Positions 47,886 to 57,358 of a DNA stretch of 64,000 nt are shown in pieces. This DNA is from an uncultured virus (IMG/VR IMGVR_UViG_3300042940_002333) (lineage: Duplodnaviria; Heunggongvirae; Uroviricota; Caudoviricetes). Every line of letters begins with the position of its first letter. Position 1 is the first letter of the stretch. Where the stretch lies: IMG/VR virus record IMGVR_UViG_3300042940_002333; one strand, written 5' to 3'. Below the pieces are notes generated by a model, which saw only the letters and a list, made by a program, of their open reading frames with translations, searched no databases and was not told the origin of the DNA. The position numbers and the translations under genes were made by a program.

Positions 47886-48371
47886 ATGGGTTTGACAGGT
47901 AAAAATATAAAGTATATCATTATCGGTGCGATTGTACTGGTAGTGATATACTATTTTTTCTTCAAAAAGAAAGAAGTTGATTCTACTAAAAAGTCTGGAG
48001 AGCAGGTTAATTTACCTTTGATACAACAAGAGAGATCTGTTAAACCTGCCGAAGAAGAAGATATACAGGAATTGGGAACCGATCCAACTGTTGATCCAGA
48101 AGCTAAAATTGAACTTGGCTATGTAGGCCCTCAAGATTGTGCTGAAAACTGCAATTTTCCTTACAATAGCCGTGTAGTTAAATGCTACGATGGTAATAGG
48201 ATTGAAGAATGTTTGAATCAAGCAAATCTGATGAAACAAGCGTGCTTAATGAAGTGCGACAAGTCTTTGCCAATATACAAGAACATTGAAACAAAGGTAA
48301 ATACTCCGTTACAGGAAGATAATTACGCAAACACTTTACAAAGCATTATTGCATCAAAAGGATATGTTTAA
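47886..48371 (+). CDS. N-anchored Cys-rich membrane protein
   Basis: TM; six Cys. Confidence 0.75.
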   Translation: MGLTGKNIKYIIIGAIVLVVIYYFFFKKKEVDSTKKSGEQVNLPLIQQERSVKPAEEEDIQELGTDPTVDPEAKIELGYVGPQDCAENCNFPYNSRVVKCYDGNRIEECLNQANLMKQACLMKCDKSLPIYKNIETKVNTPLQEDNYANTLQSIIASKGYV

Positions 48372-48861
48372 AGACGCAAAAACAAAGAAAATAGCACTAA
48401 TAGTTATTGCAGTAGTTGTACTCGCTTTAATTATCTGGTATTTTTTTATTCGTAAGGATAAGAATAAAATTGTAATTAATCTACCTGATAGTTCTTTTGA
48501 TGATGGGATAAGCCCAGATAGCTTAAATGATGCAAAAGAAACTGAATTGAAAAATATGCCGGGATTATTAAATCTTGAGTATAGAATTTCAAAGTACGGG
48601 AAGAAAAATGTATTCCCTATGATTATCGAGAAAATTACACCTGGCGAAATTGAATTACCAAATCGCAGGTCATTATTAAATAAAGACGCAGAGTATAAGT
48701 TTATTGATGTGTTACCTGGCGATCAAATTAAGATCGTCTATATGCAAAGACTAAACTATACAATAGACCACAATGTGTTCACAGATGTTTTTTTAGTTAC
48801 CGATAAGGATAATTTAATCGCTGTAACACAAGCAAAAGAACATTTTAAATTAGTAAATTAG
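48364..48861 (+). CDS. N-anchored membrane protein
   Basis: Likely start MFKDAK; TM ending WYFFIRK. Confidence 0.75.
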   Translation: MFKDAKTKKIALIVIAVVVLALIIWYFFIRKDKNKIVINLPDSSFDDGISPDSLNDAKETELKNMPGLLNLEYRISKYGKKNVFPMIIEKITPGEIELPNRRSLLNKDAEYKFIDVLPGDQIKIVYMQRLNYTIDHNVFTDVFLVTDKDNLIAVTQAKEHFKLVN

Positions 48862-48874
48862 TAACATAAAAAAC

Positions 48875-49240
48875 CCTGACAATGACTTTAACTAAAAATC
48901 ATTACACAATTATCGCAGTAATAATAGGACTTATTGCTGTTTGGTATTTCTTTTTAAGAAAAAAACCAACCGAAAGCGGTTACACTAAAAGATTCGCTTC
49001 TGTTACTCCATCTGTTACTCCAGAGGAAACTCGCGCTTGTAACGCCTCAACAACTAATGCTTGTGGAACAAATATGGTTTGCGTGAACGGACGCTGTGAA
49101 TTTGCTTCTGGTTCACACTGGTAAAAATAAATAAATAATTATAAAAACCTGACAATGACTTTAACTAAAAATCATTACACAATTATCGCAGTAATAATAG
49201 GACTTATTGCTGTTTGGTATTTCTTTTTAAGAAAAAAACC
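48875..49240 (+). repeat. 93 bp exact direct repeat (48875-48967 and 49148-49240)
   Basis: Identical start region and leader coding sequence of two adjacent genes, diverging at the ES motif. Confidence 0.9.
48882..49124 (+). CDS. small membrane protein: TM + ESGY + Cys-rich tail
   Basis: CNASTTNACGTNMVCVNGRC. Confidence 0.8.
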   Translation: MTLTKNHYTIIAVIIGLIAVWYFFLRKKPTESGYTKRFASVTPSVTPEETRACNASTTNACGTNMVCVNGRCEFASGSHW

Positions 49241-49358
49241 GGTTGAAAGTAATTTTAAGGCTGCTGGTGTGAGCTATCCAAATTGTAAAAGAGAATGCGG
49301 TCGCTGCACTCCAACTAATACGCCTTGTATTGGCGCAGGTGGATATTTAGTAGACTAA
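49155..49358 (+). CDS. small membrane protein: TM + ESNF + Cys-rich tail
   Basis: CKRECGRCTPTNTPC. Confidence 0.8.
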   Translation: MTLTKNHYTIIAVIIGLIAVWYFFLRKKPVESNFKAAGVSYPNCKRECGRCTPTNTPCIGAGGYLVD

Positions 49359-49393
49359 AATTAAGTAAATTAATAACATAAAAAACCTGACAA

Positions 49394-49717
49394 ATGAATA
49401 TCACTAAAAAACAATGGATGATCATAGGTGTAATCGCCGTGATCGCAGTATGGTACTTCTTTTTAAGAAAGAAAAAACCGGCAGAAAGCGGATACGCAGC
49501 TTACCAATTAGATCCTAACGGAATCGAAAGTGGTTTTGCGGCATCAATGGGGAAAGTACCTTCAAGGATTAAAGGAGGCGGAACGTCGCAAGCAGGGAAA
49601 GGCTATTGGGTTTCATCTATTGAGGATGGTAACGACTATTGCAGATGGTATGATGCAAACGGAGTTAACACCGTAACTTACAACTTACCTTGTACCGCAG
49701 CGCAAGCAAATATGTAA
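49394..49717 (+). CDS. small membrane protein: TM + ESGY/ESGF + Cys tail
   Basis: KKQWMIIG...WYFFLRKKKPAESGY; same leader family as 24329 and 24702. Confidence 0.8.
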   Translation: MNITKKQWMIIGVIAVIAVWYFFLRKKKPAESGYAAYQLDPNGIESGFAASMGKVPSRIKGGGTSQAGKGYWVSSIEDGNDYCRWYDANGVNTVTYNLPCTAAQANM

Positions 49718-49733
49718 TCGCAACATTAAGTAA

Positions 49734-50462
49734 ATGAAATACGAAGTAGATTTAGAAGAAAGACCAACACTGATAAAGTTCAAGGTGGACATAAAAGGCC
49801 CGCAGTTGATTACTATTGTCGGATTTGATCCAGACCATAAAGATACCGTATATTTCGCAAGAACAGCTCGCGTAACGCAAAGAGGACAAGTGCTTGAAAT
49901 ACCTATGCCTATCGCGCCAAAGAGATTGATACTTGAAATTAATCCAGAAAATCGTTCTTTCGGTAGTTATTTGAACATATATGACATTGTAGTTTTAGAT
50001 TTACCTGCAACTACGACTGTGTTCCCTGAGAAAACATTGGAGTTTTACAACTTCCTTAAAAAGTTCGCTAAAGAAGCAGGTTATATCGATCCAGGGTTTT
50101 ATGTAAGCAAGGATGAGAATTATGTCATCTGGGCGAAAGAAACTATGGACAAAGAGGGAACGCCGGCAAAGGTTAATCGTAGAACAGGCGTGGTTAAGAT
50201 TAGCTTGAGCAAAATGAGAGAATATACTGTGTTTATGCGTATTTTCATTGGGCTTCACGAATTTTTCCACTATGCCTTACAAACTACCGATGAGGTTTCT
50301 GCCGATATGGGTGCTGCAAAAGTTTATTTAGCAATGGGCTACCCTAAGTCAGAAGCGAATTATTCGATGACCAAGATATTTGACAATAGCCCTTCAGCAT
50401 TAGAGCGTGTAAAAGTTTTGGATAAAGTTATTAAAGAAAGTGATTACGCGAGAAATCGATAA
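49734..50462 (+). CDS. zincin-like metalloprotease (HExxH)
   Basis: FIGLHEFFH...DEVSAD (third-ligand ExxAD pattern); ends with KESDY. Confidence 0.7.
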   Translation: MKYEVDLEERPTLIKFKVDIKGPQLITIVGFDPDHKDTVYFARTARVTQRGQVLEIPMPIAPKRLILEINPENRSFGSYLNIYDIVVLDLPATTTVFPEKTLEFYNFLKKFAKEAGYIDPGFYVSKDENYVIWAKETMDKEGTPAKVNRRTGVVKISLSKMREYTVFMRIFIGLHEFFHYALQTTDEVSADMGAAKVYLAMGYPKSEANYSMTKIFDNSPSALERVKVLDKVIKESDYARNR

Positions 50463-50476
50463 TATAAAAAATTAAA

Positions 50477-51610
50477 ATGGGAAAACTATTATCACAAAGA
50501 GAACAGATGAACTTGCCATTCGGTATGAATGAGCAGGAACTAATCTTTTATAGCCCTACGCTTTACGAAATGTATCGTAACGAGGGTCAAGGGTATGATA
50601 AAGAGGCTTTCCGTTGGGATCCGATTGTAAGCAAAGGTATGCTAGCAAGTGAATTTGCTGTTGCAGACGGCTTGTGGTGGACAATGTTACTTACTCCTGA
50701 ATCTCAAATGCAAATAAATCCAGGCGACAATCTTGTAGTTCCTGTTGAAACATACGATGATTACAGACAACTTCCGCCGGTAGAAAAGTATTTGACCTCA
50801 GACGTATCTTATACTGGTAAGGTTATAAATGAGAGAAGTAATTTTCACGACTCTAGCAATAGTTTTTGTGGAGATTTCAATGGTTATTTTAATCAAGAGT
50901 CAAACGCTATCGGAAAGGTATCTGCGAGTGAGGTATCGCCTATATCTACACCGAGATCGATATCACCTGTATCTACACCAAGATCAGCATCACCTATTAT
51001 TAAACCTAGTGCTGGAACTACTGTTCCTGGAAAATCAGCGCCAATTACAGGTGGCGGAGGTACTCGTACTGGAGAAGATAACCCACCTATTTGTGATATG
51101 AGCTTTGGAGAATGGGGGCCTTGTGAAAACGGAATTCAAAGAAGGGAAGTAATTTTATCTCCTGATGGTTGTATTCAGATTGGTCGTCCTATTGCTGCAC
51201 AACCTTGCGGAACTGGAACTAGTGATGCAGATATGGGTGACGGAGGTGGATCTATGGGTGGCGGCGGTGGATTTGGCGGCGGCGGTGGAGGCGGAGCTTC
51301 TCCCGAAGAATCAACTGGCGCAAAAGAGGGAGAACAAGCTACTGTTGTATGTAAAACAAATTATAAACCAGTTATTATCGGTATTGTTGCTGGTTTAGCT
51401 GTTGGATATTTATACGCTAAAAACAAAAACAAGGATATTAAGTTGTTCAGTGCTGTTGTAGCGATTATCGGAGGAATACTTGGTTTTGTTTACGCAAAAC
51501 ATCAGTGTAGCCCGATTGGATTATTAACAAAATTGAAAATACCGAGCAAGTCAAATGCGTCGGCACCTGCGACAGCGAAAACAGAAGCTAAATACTACGG
51601 AGGTAGATAA
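50477..51610 (+). CDS. membrane protein with a TSP1-like Cys motif, Gly/Ser-Pro-rich linkers and two C-terminal TMs
   Basis: CDMSFGEWGPCENGIQRREV; SPxSTPRS repeats; poly-Gly. Confidence 0.75.
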   Translation: MGKLLSQREQMNLPFGMNEQELIFYSPTLYEMYRNEGQGYDKEAFRWDPIVSKGMLASEFAVADGLWWTMLLTPESQMQINPGDNLVVPVETYDDYRQLPPVEKYLTSDVSYTGKVINERSNFHDSSNSFCGDFNGYFNQESNAIGKVSASEVSPISTPRSISPVSTPRSASPIIKPSAGTTVPGKSAPITGGGGTRTGEDNPPICDMSFGEWGPCENGIQRREVILSPDGCIQIGRPIAAQPCGTGTSDADMGDGGGSMGGGGGFGGGGGGGASPEESTGAKEGEQATVVCKTNYKPVIIGIVAGLAVGYLYAKNKNKDIKLFSAVVAIIGGILGFVYAKHQCSPIGLLTKLKIPSKSNASAPATAKTEAKYYGGR

Positions 51611-51750
51611 TGGAAGGAAAATTGTTCGGAATAGTGCCAAAGGGCTTTATGGTAGCAGTTATTATGATGTGGATGCTGATTATAACCATTATGGTTTTTC
51701 AGATATATAAAAGAAACAGATTAGAAAAAGAGTTTTTAAACCAAAACTAA
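51610..51750 (+). CDS. small membrane protein (46 aa, not in ORF track)
   Basis: TAATG-coupled; FMVAVIMMWMLIITIMVF. Confidence 0.65.
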   Translation: MEGKLFGIVPKGFMVAVIMMWMLIITIMVFQIYKRNRLEKEFLNQN

Positions 51751-51914
51751 TGATTGAGAGCAGACATATATTACTTTTACTACTCGGCATAGCTTTATTA
51801 GCTATCATCTGGAAATTATCAAAAACAAAGGAAACTGAAAGCTCTTACGTTGCCGGTATTAACGGAAGTTGGTATGTTAAAGAGCCGTGGCAAGACTCTT
51901 GGCCGTTACTTTAA
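51750..51914 (+). CDS. small membrane protein with ESSY (54 aa, not in ORF track)
   Basis: HILLLLLGIALLAIIWK...TESSY. Confidence 0.7.
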   Translation: MIESRHILLLLLGIALLAIIWKLSKTKETESSYVAGINGSWYVKEPWQDSWPLL

Positions 51915-51925
51915 AAATTAAAACT

Positions 51926-52792
51926 ATGTGCGGAAATAGCAAAAATAAAATAAACTGTCAATGCGACGGTAACTGCGATTGCGGAGAGATACTGCCTAAC
52001 GGGATGATCTCTTGCGATAATTGTGGCTGGGAAGCAAAAGAAAAGTATAATGCCATTACCGGCAGATTTACTTGTCCTTCTTGCAGAACAGAAAAGCTTA
52101 ACTTAGATTATTATTCAAATTACTCTAATAACTCAAATAAAAAAAATCAAATGACAAACAACGACAACTTTACGCAAGGATTAGTTGGTTTCGCGACTGC
52201 TAACCCTGGTTTCCTTGACTGGAGCGAAAACCCACTTGGAAAACTAAACGGAAACAACGAATCAAACTTTGCTAATAATGTATCTTCACAGAATGTTGTT
52301 GGATACGCTATTGGGCAACAATGGATGCCGATGAATCCAATTCACGGACAAGATATCACTGAAAGTAATTTCTTATTATTAGGATTAGGCGCGCTTGCTT
52401 TAAGAAAAGATATTTTCTGCGGAAGGTATTGTAAGTCTTTAGGTTATATGCGTTCTGCCGACAAAAATTCTTTCAAAAGATGTAAGGCTGCTTGTAAGGT
52501 AAACTTCAAAAAAGCTAAAAAAGGTCAATGGAAATATCCTGCTGCACCAGAGGGTGCTGAATCAAATATTTCTCCAGAAGATTTAGACGCTCAATCACAA
52601 AGAGATGTAAATTCAATGTCTAAAGAGCAGATAGACAATGCTGCAAGAAACGTTGCCTCACAAAGTGGATCTACACCTATCATACAACCAGAAAAAAACA
52701 ATACGATGATGTATGTAATTATTGGCGCTGTTGCGTTAGTGATTATTGTAGCACTTATTGTGTTTATGCGTAGAAAGGCTACGACAGCCTAA
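51926..52792 (+). CDS. C-terminally anchored protein with an N-terminal Cys/Zn-ribbon-like segment and ESNF motifs
   Basis: Start MCGNSK (possible second start at 52151); CDNC...CPSC; ESNF twice; CGRYC...CKAAC; C-terminal TM. Confidence 0.75.
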   Translation: MCGNSKNKINCQCDGNCDCGEILPNGMISCDNCGWEAKEKYNAITGRFTCPSCRTEKLNLDYYSNYSNNSNKKNQMTNNDNFTQGLVGFATANPGFLDWSENPLGKLNGNNESNFANNVSSQNVVGYAIGQQWMPMNPIHGQDITESNFLLLGLGALALRKDIFCGRYCKSLGYMRSADKNSFKRCKAACKVNFKKAKKGQWKYPAAPEGAESNISPEDLDAQSQRDVNSMSKEQIDNAARNVASQSGSTPIIQPEKNNTMMYVIIGAVALVIIVALIVFMRRKATTA

Positions 52793-52852
52793 TAATTACT
52801 ACCGGTGATAGCTGGATTGTAACGATGATTGTTTTACCGCATAAATTAATGA

Positions 52853-53632
52853 ATGTACTACATATACAAAATAGCATATCGTATCTCAGACGAGATTATT
52901 GCCAAGAAAGAAGCCGAAAAGCCTTTTTGGTGGGAGCATCTTCACCCAGAAGTGAAAGGTCAGTCCATCGAGGAGATTGAAAAAGGTATTCTTGAGGCAG
53001 GTACTCCCGCAGAGAAGCTGGCAGAAATGACTAAGCACGAAAAGTTCTTGGCTGTCAGCGAGGGTTGCTATGTTATTGATAGTAAAGAGTCACTTAGAGT
53101 AAGTCAGGAGTTAGAGTCGTTAAAGAAAGATGTCGAGCGTAACAAAGCCTCTTTCTTAGGACAAGCCTCTCCGAATATACAAAAACAAGTACAAGAAACG
53201 TATGAGCCTATTTCTTTTGGTAATCCAACTCCATCAGCAGTAGGCGCGCCTGCGTCGCCGAGTCCTATTCCAGCAAGTACTATCTCTCCAAACGAAAGTG
53301 GTTTTGATATACCTGGAGAACCGTCAAGTCCGTCTATGACAAAAAGTAATGATCCGTTATCGCTTGATGATGACCATTTAAAAATTATGGCTGCAAACGT
53401 AAATGATTCCGACTTAAAAGATGACGAGGATAAGCCTTTCGGTGGTTCTTTAGCCGGTGATATGAGTTCTACGCCTGGAAAGGCAGAGCTTCGCAAGTAT
53501 GCACAATCGATTGTTAGTAAAACGGTAAGTGATATTAACTCGAAAGCAGATGGTATTCCTGATGATGTTGCTGTTATGAAAGAGCAAGAGCTTCTTCAAG
53601 CAGTTATTGATGAATTAAAATCATTACGATAA
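52853..53632 (+). CDS. hypothetical soluble protein (ESGF)
   Basis: 259 aa with a Pro/Ser-rich middle; possibly scaffold-like. Confidence 0.7.
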   Translation: MYYIYKIAYRISDEIIAKKEAEKPFWWEHLHPEVKGQSIEEIEKGILEAGTPAEKLAEMTKHEKFLAVSEGCYVIDSKESLRVSQELESLKKDVERNKASFLGQASPNIQKQVQETYEPISFGNPTPSAVGAPASPSPIPASTISPNESGFDIPGEPSSPSMTKSNDPLSLDDDHLKIMAANVNDSDLKDDEDKPFGGSLAGDMSSTPGKAELRKYAQSIVSKTVSDINSKADGIPDDVAVMKEQELLQAVIDELKSLR

Positions 53633-53671
53633 TTAATTTAATAATTACCAAATTATAAAAACAAAAAAATA

Positions 53672-54658
53672 ATGAATACAGGAGATATAAATTCATTTTA
53701 TCCATTAAATCCAGACTCGGGTTTAGAATCTGCTTATTACCCATATAATAACAGCGAGAGTTCTTATGATGATCTTGATGATAGTAAAGATAATCAAGGT
53801 AGCATTGAAGATGAGGGCGAGGAAGATGAGGTTCCCGGTGTTCGTGATAAATGCCCTTTTGGAGAATTTAGAACGCGTGTAAGAGCTAAGAAACAAGAAT
53901 TAAAAAATCAGTATGGTGAGGGTTTTTTCTCCATTGGAGAATGTGGTATTAAGCCGTCAAGAGTTGCTTATAATCCAAATGTAAAGATTAGCACTACTTA
54001 TTGGCCGTTTACGGGTTGCGGTGTAAAACCGGCTCGAATGTCGTATGGTCCTCCACATTTTAGAACTAAAAATAACGCCGCCAGATACGATGCCGATACT
54101 CAAAGATTTAATAATGATATGGCTAAGTGGTACGAATGTCAAAATCGTCAAGGTAAGGTAGCTATTCAAGGTAACGAACAAGCTTACGATAGCGCAACTG
54201 TAAGGTGGAATGGGGCTATGGCTGTTTGGAATAAGTGTCGTGAAGAAAATAAAGGAATTTGGGTATCAGGATGGCGAAAAGAATGGCGTAAATTTAAAAA
54301 AGCTGGCGGTCTTAATCAATTAAGAGATCAGTGTCGTGGTGTTGTGCCTCCGCCGCACGCTTCAGCTCCACCGCGTTCTTGTGCGGATATGGAAAGAGAT
54401 TTCGACATAATTGCAGGTCAAAGTTGGGGAACGGCCGATCCAGCAATAAAGAATGAATGGATTGCAAAAGGATGTAAAGGTACAGCAAAAGCCATTGCTA
54501 ATAAAATCGTTGCTAATAAAGAAACTGATATGCAGGGATCCAGAACATCTGGCGAAGAAACTCCTCCTACTGATAACAAAAAAATGTATATTATTATTGC
54601 TGTAATTGTGCTTATCGTAATCGCAACAATTTTTATTATAAAAAGACAAATGAAGTAA
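53672..54658 (+). CDS. C-terminally anchored Cys/Trp-rich membrane protein
   Basis: ESAY, ESSY; internal duplications CGIKP/CGVKP; C-terminal TM. Confidence 0.8.
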   Translation: MNTGDINSFYPLNPDSGLESAYYPYNNSESSYDDLDDSKDNQGSIEDEGEEDEVPGVRDKCPFGEFRTRVRAKKQELKNQYGEGFFSIGECGIKPSRVAYNPNVKISTTYWPFTGCGVKPARMSYGPPHFRTKNNAARYDADTQRFNNDMAKWYECQNRQGKVAIQGNEQAYDSATVRWNGAMAVWNKCREENKGIWVSGWRKEWRKFKKAGGLNQLRDQCRGVVPPPHASAPPRSCADMERDFDIIAGQSWGTADPAIKNEWIAKGCKGTAKAIANKIVANKETDMQGSRTSGEETPPTDNKKMYIIIAVIVLIVIATIFIIKRQMK

Positions 54659-54690
54659 GAATGTAATGTATAATCAAAAAATGTAAAGCT

Positions 54691-55830
54691 ATGTCAGATT
54701 TAAAAATCAATTATTACGAAGTCCTTAAAGATACTCCTATGTGGGATCTGGACGAAACGAACAAGGTTGCCTTGCCGGTAAAAACAGATGATAAAAAGAA
54801 TATCTCTGCTGAAAACTGGAAGAATGTATGGATGGTTGAGAAAGGAAAGTATGTTAAGAGTTTTGGTCAGACGAGAGTGATGAAATCATATCCCGACAAC
54901 AAGAAAGAAGAGTTTATTCTGCTTGTAAGTGGGAACGGTGTTCTTCTCAAAGATGTAAATCTTTTTAAAGATAAAGTAGATGATTGTGGGTGCGACGGAA
55001 ATCCTATCGCTTTACCAACAGAAGTAATGAAAGCTATGGAAGCAGAAAATAAAACAGAAAACACGGAACATAAAGCATTGGATAAAGAGAGTGCATATCT
55101 TAACAAATCAAAAGGCTTTGATACAAAAGGCTTATACGGATTTTTATTGGGTGCCGTAATCGGTGCTGCAATTATGTGGCTATCTACCAAAGATAAAAAG
55201 AAAACAATTATCGGTGCAGTTGCCGGTGGTGTACTCGGAATGATTATCGGGTATTTTATTGGTCGCAGAGGTACAAAGAAGTTGGAAACAATGGATAAGC
55301 TCAATCAAATTGAAAGAGTTGCTAACAATACGGATGTTGAAACCGTTGAGTCTGGTGCTAAATCAGACGCCGACAATCAAGGTTTCTTTCAATTAGGACA
55401 AACTTATGATTTTTCGATTCCTTACCCTGTTTATGCGCTTATTTATGAGGAAAAAACATTCTTCGTAGCTAAAGACCAAAAGACAAACAAAAAGGCTATA
55501 ATTAAGCCTAATGGCAAGATAAGAGGAAAATTAATAGAGGTTAAAGAGCCGGCTTTCTTTGTTCCGAACCCACACACTAAAAAAGTTGAAAGAATAGTAA
55601 GCCAAAAGCCTTTACCTTATTTGGATTTAGGGAATAACATTTTCATTCCTTTAGCTGTGGTTGATCCAGATTCAATGATAACCCCAGAAGAAGCAATGAC
55701 ATTCTTAACAACAGGAAAAGGTCTTGAAAACGAAGTTTACGTTAAAGGAAGATATGCGGGTAAGAGATTGTTTAACCTTATGTATATGCCGTCACACGCA
55801 GTAATTATAAACAACAAATTTGGAAATTAA
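54691..55830 (+). CDS. membrane protein with a central two-TM glycine-zipper hairpin
   Basis: GFLLGAVIGAAIMW...IIGAVAGGVLGMIIGYFIG; ESAY. Confidence 0.8.
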   Translation: MSDLKINYYEVLKDTPMWDLDETNKVALPVKTDDKKNISAENWKNVWMVEKGKYVKSFGQTRVMKSYPDNKKEEFILLVSGNGVLLKDVNLFKDKVDDCGCDGNPIALPTEVMKAMEAENKTENTEHKALDKESAYLNKSKGFDTKGLYGFLLGAVIGAAIMWLSTKDKKKTIIGAVAGGVLGMIIGYFIGRRGTKKLETMDKLNQIERVANNTDVETVESGAKSDADNQGFFQLGQTYDFSIPYPVYALIYEEKTFFVAKDQKTNKKAIIKPNGKIRGKLIEVKEPAFFVPNPHTKKVERIVSQKPLPYLDLGNNIFIPLAVVDPDSMITPEEAMTFLTTGKGLENEVYVKGRYAGKRLFNLMYMPSHAVIINNKFGN

Positions 55831-55946
55831 TGACACCAGAGGAAAGAGAAAATAGAAAAAAAACGATTGTATTTTTCTTAGGAGCCTTAGCTTTAATTGC
55901 TTTGGTAATCATATACGTTAAGCAATTAAAAGAAGCAGAAGATTAA
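55830..55946 (+). CDS. small membrane protein (38 aa, not in ORF track)
   Basis: TAATG-coupled on both sides; IVFFLGALALIALVIIYV. Confidence 0.65.
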   Translation: MTPEERENRKKTIVFFLGALALIALVIIYVKQLKEAED

Positions 55947-56626
55947 TGAAAACAAAGAACATAATAATAATTGGCGTGGTTACCATTGTGGTACTCGGCA
56001 TTGTTATTTACGTTCTTGTGAGAAAAGGTAAGTTTAAAAATAAGAACCCAAAGAACATACTTATTGTAGGGGATAGCCAAAGTGCGATAAAAACGGCTGA
56101 CGGGAAAGATATTTCTTTTACCTGGTCAAGATTATTGAAGAACTCTTTAGAACCAAAAGGCTACTCGGTTGATGTACTTGCTTTAGGCGGTATGCCTACT
56201 AAATGGATGAGGGATAATTTACCGGCACAACTATCAAAGAAAAAATACGATAGGGTTTATATTCTCGGAGGCGGTAACGATTCGGCTAATTCATCTATTG
56301 CTTTAAAAACTACTCTTGATAATTTTCAGTCAATGGTAGATATGGCAAACGCTAATGGTGCAGATCCTTTTATTATGCTGGGGTATAGAATTGACAACTT
56401 TAGTGATTACCGAAAAATGCCTTTAACTATTTACGTTAAGAAGCAAGAGGATTGGATTCCTTACATTGAGAGAAGAAAACAAATACAAGATAATTTAAAG
56501 AGAATTAAAAATGCTGGGATTGTTCCCGTTTATGATTTGAATGGAATGACAAGTGATGGAATACACCCGACGGCACAAGGACATAAGATAATTGCTCAAA
56601 AAATGATAAACCATATTACCCAGTAA
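55946..56626 (+). CDS. membrane-anchored SGNH/GDSL hydrolase
   Basis: IVGDSQS, GG, GGGND, DGIHP blocks; N-terminal TM. Confidence 0.9.
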   Translation: MKTKNIIIIGVVTIVVLGIVIYVLVRKGKFKNKNPKNILIVGDSQSAIKTADGKDISFTWSRLLKNSLEPKGYSVDVLALGGMPTKWMRDNLPAQLSKKKYDRVYILGGGNDSANSSIALKTTLDNFQSMVDMANANGADPFIMLGYRIDNFSDYRKMPLTIYVKKQEDWIPYIERRKQIQDNLKRIKNAGIVPVYDLNGMTSDGIHPTAQGHKIIAQKMINHITQ

Positions 56627-57333
56627 TGACAAAGGAAGAAGCATTAAGAGATTTTTTTAATACTGTTCTCAAAGGGGAGAGTAAGACTTATAATGACCAT
56701 AACTGGTATAGTACGTCTGGACTTAGGGGTTACATACAGGGAAGTGGAAATAGCCCTTATTCGTTGCTTAAAAAACCATTGAGTGAGTACACGCTTGGCG
56801 AAATAAAACAATTTCAGTCAAGATCACGAGATTCGGTTGGACAGCTTTGGGCAACAGGTCGCTATCAGATTATACCAAGTACATTAAAAGGCATTCAGTC
56901 AAAGCTGGGATTATCAGATTCTGCAAAATACGATAGGGCAACCCAAGATAAAATGGCTTACGGTTTAATTGTTGAGAGAAAACCGATTAATGACTACATA
57001 AAAGGTTCCGTGCCAGACACAACAACTACCAGGCAAAACGCAGCGTTGCATATGGCAATGATCTGGTCAAGCATTGGTGTTCCTTACGCGGTAAATGGAA
57101 AACAAACTAATCAAAGTTATTATCCAAAAGACAAAGCTTCGGTTGATACTGCTGCAGTTCAGGCAAAACTACAACAATTAAGGGGTAGTATGCTCTCAAG
57201 AGGTATTGATTTAGCTAAAGAGAACCCGAAAACAACCATAGCTATCTTTGTGATAGTAGCAATAATGATAATTGGAGCTATAATGTTATTAATTTATAGA
57301 AAAAAGATTGCAATAGCTCTAACAAAAGTGTAA
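56626..57333 (+). CDS. lysozyme-like peptidoglycan hydrolase with C-terminal TM
   Basis: GES..YN, ATGRYQIIPSTL, TQDK motifs; C-terminal TM. Confidence 0.82.
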   Translation: MTKEEALRDFFNTVLKGESKTYNDHNWYSTSGLRGYIQGSGNSPYSLLKKPLSEYTLGEIKQFQSRSRDSVGQLWATGRYQIIPSTLKGIQSKLGLSDSAKYDRATQDKMAYGLIVERKPINDYIKGSVPDTTTTRQNAALHMAMIWSSIGVPYAVNGKQTNQSYYPKDKASVDTAAVQAKLQQLRGSMLSRGIDLAKENPKTTIAIFVIVAIMIIGAIMLLIYRKKIAIALTKV

Positions 57334-57358
57334 TTTTAAAACTTAAAAACAAACAAAA

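Noticed and set aside
48875..49240. Diversity-generating retroelement TR/VR pair
   Set aside because: The repeat copies are identical with no adenine-specific mismatches, and no reverse transcriptase is seen in the window.
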